50,744 nt of DNA from the sequence record SRR22947725_1095. The stretch is one strand, 5' to 3'. The position numbers and the translations under genes were made by a program. Of the stretch, positions 23,225 through 30,361 are shown piece by piece. Under the pieces are notes generated by a model. That model was given only the letters and a program-made list of their open reading frames with translations, was not told where the DNA came from and searched no databases. Position 1 is the stretch's first letter, and each line of letters starts with the position of its first letter.

Positions 23225-23272
23225 GTACTACATTTAGTGCTTACGGTGATAAATATACACTAAATATAGAAT
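23225..23272. promoter_or_regulatory. Tandem NrdR boxes
   Basis: GTACTACATTTAGTGC (23225-23240) and ACACTAAATATAGAAT (23257-23272) resemble the NrdR consensus acaCwAtATaTwGtgt. They start 32 bp apart and lie directly upstream of nrdA. Confidence 0.8.
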
Positions 23273-23372
23273 ATAAATAATATAGATGAAATTTAATTAA
23301 GCTAATTATGTTGAATTTTTATCTAACTAATTGAAAAAAAACAAGAAATTTAAAGGATAAAAAAATCTAGAA

Positions 23373-24242
23373 TTAAGACTTTTTTCTTGAAATGAAGATA
23401 CCAGAAATAATAAGGAGAAGTGCCAAAATATTTTGCCAAAGAATGTCTTCACCAAGCAATAAAGCACCAAGAAAAAAAGCAACAACGGGTATTAAATAAT
23501 TAATATTAGATAGAAATGTAGCGCCAGCAGTATTAATAATGATAAAGTAAAGAAAAGCAGCAATCCCAGTTGGTAGGGCACCTAATAATAAAATACTCAC
23601 ACCACTAATAAATGGAATATTAGAAAAATTAATAAAGAAGATGTTGGGCCAAATAAAGAAAGAAAGTAAACTCGCAACTAATAGAACGCTAGCACTTGAC
23701 ACCAAGGGGTCATAAGAAGGGAGTCGAGAGGCGATAATGGTGTTTATAGCATAAGCACAGGCAGCACCAAGAACTAATAAAATTCCAAAAAGAGTATTGT
23801 TGCCATTATTAATAGAAGGTCCAAGTATAAAAAGGACTCCAGATATACCAATGATAAAGCCCAAAATTTTAAATCTAGTGAGTTTGTCATTGGGAAGAAA
23901 AATGTGAGCCAAAACAAGTGTAACTAAGGGCATAAAAGCCATAAGTAAGCCAGCCATACCAGACGTAATAGTTAATTGACCAGTTGCGATAAGTAGATAA
24001 GGCAAAATGTTTCCAATCACTGCATAGACAATAAAGTGCAACCAGGGAGTTATCGATCTTGGAAAAGATTTGCCATAATAAAGCGCAATAGCGAACATAG
24101 TAATAGCTCCAATGACTAATCTGTAACCAACAACTTGCTCAGGTGTGAAAAATAAAAGCGCACGATCAATAAGAAGAAAGGAAGATCCCCACACGATAAC
24201 AAGCAAACCTAAAAGCTGATAACTTCTTTTATTTATAGACAT
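23373..24242 (-). CDS. DMT/EamA family transporter
   Basis: About 10 TM segments; VWGSSF, GMAGLLMAFMPL, NYLIPVVA..LG..LLGE. Confidence 0.9.
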   Translation of the reverse strand: MSINKRSYQLLGLLVIVWGSSFLLIDRALLFFTPEQVVGYRLVIGAITMFAIALYYGKSFPRSITPWLHFIVYAVIGNILPYLLIATGQLTITSGMAGLLMAFMPLVTLVLAHIFLPNDKLTRFKILGFIIGISGVLFILGPSINNGNNTLFGILLVLGAACAYAINTIIASRLPSYDPLVSSASVLLVASLLSFFIWPNIFFINFSNIPFISGVSILLLGALPTGIAAFLYFIIINTAGATFLSNINYLIPVVAFFLGALLLGEDILWQNILALLLIISGIFISRKKS

Positions 24243-24370
24243 ATTAGAAACATTGGGACCAAGTTAAAAAAAAGACAATATTAGAACTAGTAGGGTGGGA
24301 CTAAGAAATATATTATCCATATTTCTTAATATAGGGTTTAAGTATGTTTCAATTGAAAAGAATTAGTATT

Positions 24371-24398
24371 ATTTAACATAATATAAATTATACGAACA
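24371..24398 (-). other. dif: dif site (XerC/XerD recombination site)
   Basis: The minus strand reads TGTTCGTATAA-TTTATA-TTATGTTAAAT: an exact canonical XerD arm, a 6-bp core and a XerC-like arm, inside an AT-rich intergenic region. Confidence 0.9.
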
Positions 24399-24613
24399 TA
24401 ATACGTATAAAAAAACATGAAATTAATAGAATATCCATAAAAAACAATGAGTTACATAATGAACCCCAAATTTACAAATATAGAGCATTTTACTAACCAA
24501 TACAGGAAATATATTAACAAAATTATAAAAGTAGCTTAAATCGAATATTAAGAGTGAAAGGGTGTTTTGATATAAAAAAATACTCTTTTCAGCAATATTA
24601 GAGCTTTTTTTAC

Positions 24614-25012
24614 TTAATCTTTAACTCTTCTCTTAACAAACTTACCAGTTATTCTATATTTTTGACTTGGACTTTTTGGGCTTTTAGGAATTGTTAACTC
24701 TAAGAATTTATGATCGATAAGTGGATTTATTATTGCAGTTTTAAACTTAGACTTATTGGTTCTTTTTAAAATCTTCATTAATTCTAAAGCCGTACTTTCA
24801 TTCTTACATTTTTTTAAAATTATTAGATGGTCCCTGCTTAGTCCCTGCTTAGTCCCTTTAGTTTCAATATGACTATCAGAGTCATACATAAATGATAATT
24901 GCTCTACTTCTTGGCCGATCTTTTTACTGCGCTTTATGTCCTTGGTCCAGTCTTCGGATTGTGTGACTTCTGGCGCTTCTTTAGACTCTTCCTTCTTTAA
25001 GAACTTAAACAT
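24614..25012 (-). CDS. Small protein with a Fic-like C-terminal winged-helix domain
   Basis: ELMKILKRTNKSKFKTAIINPLI...LELTIPKSPKSPSQKYRIT resembles the C-terminal module of Fic/AAA-type proteins. No Fic catalytic motif is present. Confidence 0.65.
   Translation of the reverse strand: MFKFLKKEESKEAPEVTQSEDWTKDIKRSKKIGQEVEQLSFMYDSDSHIETKGTKQGLSRDHLIILKKCKNESTALELMKILKRTNKSKFKTAIINPLIDHKFLELTIPKSPKSPSQKYRITGKFVKRRVKD
24830..24860. repeat. 11-bp tandem repeat (GTCCCTGCTTA x2 plus partial GTCCCTTTA)
   Basis: Read directly at 24830-24840, 24841-24851 and 24852-24860. Confidence 0.85.
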
Positions 25013-25063
25013 TTGATATTATTTTTATTTAGTAATTAAATTATATAACTGATTCACTTCTTA

Positions 25064-25648
25064 CTAATACCTTTTAACGAGTATATTTTCTTTAAATTCC
25101 CCTTTTAATATTCTTCCATCATCAAAATAGATGATTATTCCCCGACCATTCCTTTTATTTAGCTTCCAATAACCATTATATTGACTTCCTTCTCCAAATT
25201 GCTCTCCAGCAGGATAGTTCATTGTGCCTTGCCCTTCTCTATTGTTTTCCTTAAATGAGCCTACATAGCGTCTTCCATCTGGATATAGCATTTCCCCCGC
25301 ACCTTCCAGTCTTCCTGCCTTAAATTCGCCTTTATAAACTTGCCCATTTGGTGATATTAATTCACCGAAGCCCTCTGGCTTGTTATTTATAAATGATCCT
25401 GTGTATCGATATCCACTTGATGTTGTGTATATCCCTTTTCCCTGCATGCAGTTCTTAATTGCTGACTCAATAATGCATTTAGTAGTATCTCCGTTATATT
25501 TGCTGCCATCCTGGAATTTGAGCTCAGTTGGATTATTTTCTATTTTGAGAGCTGTATTTGACTCAGAGCTAACTTGGCTTGCCAGGATCAGTATTGATGA
25601 AAATATTACAGCTTGGCTCGCTCTAATCGATTCTAGAGCTGGTTTAAT
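25064..25648 (-). CDS. MORN-repeat protein, probably exported (start uncertain; the frame is open to 25693)
   Basis: Repeats such as YTGSFINNKPEGFG, YKGEFKAGRLEGAG and YVGSFKENNREGQG. The frame continues upstream of the called ATG (25447) with LKFQDGSKYNG and a hydrophobic leader. Confidence 0.75.
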   Translation of the reverse strand: MKPALESIRASQAVIFSSILILASQVSSESNTALKIENNPTELKFQDGSKYNGDTTKCIIESAIKNCMQGKGIYTTSSGYRYTGSFINNKPEGFGELISPNGQVYKGEFKAGRLEGAGEMLYPDGRRYVGSFKENNREGQGTMNYPAGEQFGEGSQYNGYWKLNKRNGRGIIIYFDDGRILKGEFKENILVKRY

Positions 25649-25653
25649 TAAAG

Positions 25654-26409
25654 CTAGTGCGTTAATATTTGGTCTAAAAATAGTTGTAGCCTGTCAGATT
25701 CAGCGTTATTAAAGAATTTTTCAGGATCATTTTCTTCTACAATTTGACCATCGTCCATAAATATAATTCTGTTTGCCACCTTTCTTGCAAAGCCCATTTC
25801 ATGGGTAACACAAATCATTGTTATTCCTTCTTTAGCAAGCTCTACCATAACATCTAATACCTCAGATATCATTTCAGGGTCTAAAGCAGAGGTTGGCTCA
25901 TCAAATAACATAATTTTTGGGTTGGTGCAGAGGGATCTAGCTATTGCTACCCTTTGCTGTTGCCCACCACTCAGCTGGTTTGGGTATTTTTCTGCTTGGT
26001 CTTTGATACCTACTCTATCTAGAAGCTTTAAGGCTTTTTCTCTAGCCTCTTGCTTTGTTTCGTTGTGAACCCAGATCGGCGCTAAAGTTAGATTATCAAC
26101 AATGGTTAAATGAGGAAAAAGGTTAAAGTGCTGGAATACCATTGAAACTTCACTTCTAATTTGTCTAATTTTTTGTGCATCATCAGTCAACTCTGTACCA
26201 GAAACCAATATAGAGCCTTCTTGGAATTTTTCTAAGAAGTTGACACACCTTATCAGAGTTGATTTACCACTTCCCGAAGGCCCACAGACAACAATTATTT
26301 CACCTTCCTTTATCTCTAGATTAATGTTCTTGAGGGCATGAAAGTCTCCATACCACTTATTTAAATTAGATATTTCTATGATATTGGTTTTATTTTTATC
26401 ATTGCTCAT
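25654..26409 (-). CDS. aapP: General L-amino acid ABC transporter ATPase
   Basis: GPSGSGKS, LSGGQQQR, FDEPTSALDPE; last gene of aapJQMP. Confidence 0.9.
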   Translation of the reverse strand: MSNDKNKTNIIEISNLNKWYGDFHALKNINLEIKEGEIIVVCGPSGSGKSTLIRCVNFLEKFQEGSILVSGTELTDDAQKIRQIRSEVSMVFQHFNLFPHLTIVDNLTLAPIWVHNETKQEAREKALKLLDRVGIKDQAEKYPNQLSGGQQQRVAIARSLCTNPKIMLFDEPTSALDPEMISEVLDVMVELAKEGITMICVTHEMGFARKVANRIIFMDDGQIVEENDPEKFFNNAESDRLQLFLDQILTH

Positions 26410-26422
26410 TTTCTTATAGCCT

Positions 26423-27571
26423 TTAGTTTTTATTTTCAGTATTGAATCGTATTTCTAATTTCTTTGAGTATCGAGACATTGTATATAGTATAGCCCACAT
26501 AACAATAGTAACGAATACAAAGCCTTCTGTTTCCCTGGCAAGCCAATATGGGTCGTTACTAGTTAGGTTGACCATAGCAAGCATATCGAATAGTCCAATA
26601 ATCAAAACAAGCGTTGTATCTTTAAATAAAGAAATTGAAGAGCCAACAATATTTGGTATTGATATTTTTAATGCTTGTGGAAGAATAATTAGTGCGTTTT
26701 TTTGGAAATAACTTAAGCCTATTGCGTCAGCTGCCTCATATTGACCTCTTGGAATAGCTTGAAGCCCTCCTCTGACAACTTCAGCAAAGTATGCAGCTTG
26801 AAAAAGAGCAATACCAATAAGCGCTCTTAAGAGCTTATCAAAATAATTTCCTGACTCTAAGAATAGCGGGAGAACAAAAGACGCCATAAACAAAATAGTG
26901 ATTAATGGCACAGCTCTAATAAACTCAATAAATAAAGTGGAAAATAGTTTGATTACCTTTAAATCTGATTGTCTTCCTAGAGCTAGAAGGACTCCTATTG
27001 GAAAAGAAACAATAATCCCTACTGATGCAATAATTAATGTAAGCAATAAGCCGCCCCATTGATCAGTTGAAACAGGCATCAATATTCCAAAGCCACCAGC
27101 AATTAAAACATACGAAACCAATGGGTAAAAGATGATTAATGATAAAGTGACTCTATTTTTGTACTTATAGTTTTTTACTAGCGGGACTATGACAAATAGC
27201 AGGCCAGTTAGTGCAAATACTGTATTAGGCCTCCAGGTCTCTGTTCGAGGATAGAATCCATAGGTATACATGTAAAGCTTTTCATAAATATAGGGCCAAC
27301 AAGCCCCAACTCTGCCACAGTTTTGATTAGTTGCCATTTCCTCACTAAACTTTATTTCAAAGCCAAAAAGGTTTACAGTTCCAAAACTAAAGCTTGCATT
27401 AAAGAACATCCAGTCAAGCAATGGAGGAATCATAATGTAAAGCAAATATAGCGATGCAAGGGTAAGGGCTGAATTTACCCATGAAGAGAAGAGATTGGTT
27501 CTAAGCCATACAAGTGCACCAATTTGTGATATTGGTGGCTTTCTAGTAGCCTGTTGGTCAAATACTGGCAT
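26423..27571 (-). CDS. aapM: General L-amino acid ABC transporter permease
   Basis: WLRTNLFSSW, GACW, QWGGLLLTL, AEVVRGGLQAIPRGQYEAA. Confidence 0.9.
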   Translation of the reverse strand: MPVFDQQATRKPPISQIGALVWLRTNLFSSWVNSALTLASLYLLYIMIPPLLDWMFFNASFSFGTVNLFGFEIKFSEEMATNQNCGRVGACWPYIYEKLYMYTYGFYPRTETWRPNTVFALTGLLFVIVPLVKNYKYKNRVTLSLIIFYPLVSYVLIAGGFGILMPVSTDQWGGLLLTLIIASVGIIVSFPIGVLLALGRQSDLKVIKLFSTLFIEFIRAVPLITILFMASFVLPLFLESGNYFDKLLRALIGIALFQAAYFAEVVRGGLQAIPRGQYEAADAIGLSYFQKNALIILPQALKISIPNIVGSSISLFKDTTLVLIIGLFDMLAMVNLTSNDPYWLARETEGFVFVTIVMWAILYTMSRYSKKLEIRFNTENKN

Positions 27572-27573
27572 AA

Positions 27574-28794
27574 TTATCTTCCCTGAATTTCCATCTTTTT
27601 ATTGACATAGTTCAGCAATAAAGAGATAAATAGTGAAATGACTAGATAAACAAGCATCGCCATGGCTAGAATTTCTACTGCCTGGCCAACTTGATTTAAA
27701 ACAGTTCCTCCAAAAGTACTCATTAACTCTGGATAGCCAATTACGGTAGCTAAAGATGAGTTTTTTGTAAGATTCAAATACTGGTTAATTGTTGGCGGTA
27801 TTGCAACCCTAAGGGCTTGTGGCAAAATAATAAGTTTAAGTGATTGAACGGGTGTCAAGCCAATCGCAGCTGCAGCCTCTTTTTGTCCCTTGTCAACTGC
27901 CTCAATACCTGATCGAATGGCCTCAGCAATATAGGTTGCAGTATAAACACTAAGAGCAAACGTTAATGCTAAAAACTCTGGCACAACTGCCATTCCACCC
28001 TTTAAGTTAAATTTACCTAGAACGGCAAAGTCAAATGCCAGTGGAGATCCAAATACCAGATAAACAAGAATTGGCAGACCAAGAATTAAACCAATTGAAT
28101 ATGGCCATGTACTGGTGTGAATACCAGTTAGTTCATGCTTCTTCTTATAGGATTTCTTAATAAAATAAGCTGCAATGATTCCAATGATGAATGCAAATAC
28201 TACGTATATGAAACCCTCTTCAGGGATTGGTTTGGGTAAATACAAACCTCGTTGATTTAGAAATGCAAGATCAAAAAATGATAGACTTTGCTTTGGGTGC
28301 GGAAAAACATTAATAAATAAGTTATACCAAAATAAAATTTGAAGAAGTATAGGAATGTTTCTAAAGAGCTCTATGTAGCCCCCTGCTAGCTTAGCAACAA
28401 GATAATTATTTGAAAGTCTTGCGATACCAATAAGAAGTCCTATTAGCGTCGATAAAATGATTCCAATAAAGGCGACAACAAGTGTGTTAATTAATCCCAC
28501 ATAAAAAACAGTTAAGTTTGAAGATTCAGGGGTGTAGTCAACCGCAATATTGCCTAAAAAAGGGAGTATGTCAAAGCCTGCTCTATTTTTTAGGAATGTA
28601 AATCCAGTTTGGATGCCTCTATCTTCAATATTTTGAAAGAGGTTTCCTATTGCTGTATAAAAAAGCCCTATTACCAGAACAAAGGTAATGACTTGGAATA
28701 AAAAAGACCTGACTTCGTTGTTATAAAGTAGATCTCTAAAGTTTGATCCTCTGTGTTGAGATTTTCCTAAGGATTCGAGGATAAGTTTTTTCAT
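27574..28794 (-). CDS. aapQ: General L-amino acid ABC transporter permease
   Basis: GLINTL, RNIPILLQILFWY, AEAIRSGIEAVDKGQKEAA, QYLNLTKNSSLA. Confidence 0.9.
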   Translation of the reverse strand: MKKLILESLGKSQHRGSNFRDLLYNNEVRSFLFQVITFVLVIGLFYTAIGNLFQNIEDRGIQTGFTFLKNRAGFDILPFLGNIAVDYTPESSNLTVFYVGLINTLVVAFIGIILSTLIGLLIGIARLSNNYLVAKLAGGYIELFRNIPILLQILFWYNLFINVFPHPKQSLSFFDLAFLNQRGLYLPKPIPEEGFIYVVFAFIIGIIAAYFIKKSYKKKHELTGIHTSTWPYSIGLILGLPILVYLVFGSPLAFDFAVLGKFNLKGGMAVVPEFLALTFALSVYTATYIAEAIRSGIEAVDKGQKEAAAAIGLTPVQSLKLIILPQALRVAIPPTINQYLNLTKNSSLATVIGYPELMSTFGGTVLNQVGQAVEILAMAMLVYLVISLFISLLLNYVNKKMEIQGR

Positions 28795-28858
28795 AAATTG
28801 CTAAAAATTTGAATATGAATATTTTACTAAATATAGTGTTTCTAAGTTTGAAAAAATC

Positions 28859-28897
28859 AAAAAAAAACCAGACTGCTAAAGTATAGCAGTCTGGTTT
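28859..28897 (-). terminator. Intrinsic terminator / mRNA-stabilising hairpin after aapJ
   Basis: 14-bp stem AAACCAGACTGCTA (28865-28878) / TAGCAGTCTGGTTT (28884-28897) with a 5-nt loop and a U-tract on the minus strand. Confidence 0.85.
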
Positions 28898-28918
28898 AGG
28901 TTCTAACTAGATAATTGC

Positions 28919-29926
28919 TTATCTAAATGGAGGTGAGTAAAGAATACCACCTTGTGACCATAGTGCGTTAACACCACGAGCAATACCAATTGGAGTAGAA
29001 AGTCCAATGTTACGCTCGAAGCTTTCAGCATAGTTACCTACTTGCTTAACGATTTGGTAAGTCCAGTCTGGAGTCAGACCAACATACTCATGAGTGCTTC
29101 CTGAACGACCCATTAAGCGCTCACGCTCTGGGTTGTTAGAAACATCATCAACGTTACCACTGTTAACACCAATTTCTTCTGCAGTAATCATAGCGTTTAA
29201 AGACCATCTTACAATGTTGAACCATTGATCGTCACCTTGACGAACAACAGGACCTAGAGGCTCTTTAGAAATGATTTCTGGAAGTACTACATGCTCTGAA
29301 GGATCATTTGCACCTGCACGCATTGAGTAAAGACCAGAAGCATCAGTTGTTAATACATCACAACGTCCAGCGTCATAGTTAGTTAGAGTTTGAGCATTAG
29401 TATCTGATACAACTGAGTTGTACTCGATTCCATTTGCTTTACCCCAATCAGCTAAGTTCAATTCAGTAGTAGTACCTGCTTGAATACAAATTGCAGCACC
29501 ACTTAATTCCATAGCACTAGAAACACCTAGAGAAGACTTAACCATAAAGCCTTGTCCGTCATAGTAGTTAACACCAGCAAAGTTCAATCCTAATGAAGCG
29601 TCACGAGTAATTGTCCAAGTCGTATTTCTAGACAACATATCGATCTCACCAGATTGTAGCGCAGTGAATCTTTCCTTAGCGGTTAATGGTACAAATTTAA
29701 CTTTAGTTGCATCGCCAAGCGTTGCAGCAGCAACAGCACGACAAACATCAACGTCAATACCAGTCCATGTACCAGACGAGTCAGCTGAAGAAAAACCAGC
29801 AAGACCTTTAGAGACACCGCAAGATACGTGTCCTTTAGCCTGAACGTCGCTCAAAGTAGAAGCCTGTACACTAAGTGCACCAACAACTAACAATGAAGCA
29901 GCAGACAATTTTAATAATTGTTTCAT
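28919..29926 (-). CDS. aapJ: General L-amino acid ABC transporter substrate-binding protein (start at 29926, not 29968)
   Basis: GIDVDVCRAVAAA, RFTALQSGEIDMLSRNTTWT, ISKEPLGPVVRQGDDQW. An AAGGAG RBS precedes MKQLLK and a signal peptide. Confidence 0.93.
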   Translation of the reverse strand: MKQLLKLSAASLLVVGALSVQASTLSDVQAKGHVSCGVSKGLAGFSSADSSGTWTGIDVDVCRAVAAATLGDATKVKFVPLTAKERFTALQSGEIDMLSRNTTWTITRDASLGLNFAGVNYYDGQGFMVKSSLGVSSAMELSGAAICIQAGTTTELNLADWGKANGIEYNSVVSDTNAQTLTNYDAGRCDVLTTDASGLYSMRAGANDPSEHVVLPEIISKEPLGPVVRQGDDQWFNIVRWSLNAMITAEEIGVNSGNVDDVSNNPERERLMGRSGSTHEYVGLTPDWTYQIVKQVGNYAESFERNIGLSTPIGIARGVNALWSQGGILYSPPFR

Positions 29927-29990
29927 ATATATCTCCTTAATGAGTTTCAAAGTATAAAAAACCTTCACAATTGAATGAGGTTCACAGAAA

Positions 29991-30020
29991 ATTTTAACAC
30001 TAGTTAATCAAGTAATACAA
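29991..30020 (-). promoter_or_regulatory. Candidate sigma-70 promoter for aapJ
   Basis: The minus strand reads TTGTAT-18 nt-TAAAAT with a TG extension (TGtTAAAAT). The AT-rich background lowers specificity. Confidence 0.4.
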
Positions 30021-30298
30021 ATTAATTATTAAAAAAAAATTTAAATCAATTCAACTAGCAAGGCTTGATTTTTGCTATTAAAGCGATAATATCCTCTAAT
30101 TAACATCTAGAAAAGTTGAATTAAATTCAAGTATTTAGATTCTTTTTATTTAGCTGAGAAATTGTTTTTATAAAGAATTTGATTAGATAATGCTAACAAT
30201 CTTAATGTATTCATTATAAATTAAATTGTTCTAATTCAATGAGTTATACAGAAATTAGTTAAATATTACATGTATTTTTTTTGTTATTATAAGTAATT

Positions 30299-30336
30299 TT
30301 AGTTATTTTTTACCTATAGTGGTATAAAATAACTAA
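30299..30336. promoter_or_regulatory. 38-bp near-perfect inverted repeat (candidate operator) overlapping an extended -10 element upstream of HTH-nadE
   Basis: TTAGTTATTTTTTACC-TATAGT-GGTATAAAATAACTAA, with 15/16 arm complementarity. It contains TGgTATAAA at 30320-30328 and ends 25 bp before the ATG at 30362. Confidence 0.65.
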
Positions 30337-30361
30337 TATATAGTTTAATTAATGAAACACA

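Noticed and set aside
24243-25650. Intact prophage or integrative element at dif
   Set aside because: No integrase, replication initiator, Zot-like ATPase or coat-gene cluster, and no complete second dif.
30331-30346. NrdR box upstream of nadE (AACTAATATATAGTTT)
   Set aside because: Lacks the conserved C of the left half-site and has no properly spaced partner box.
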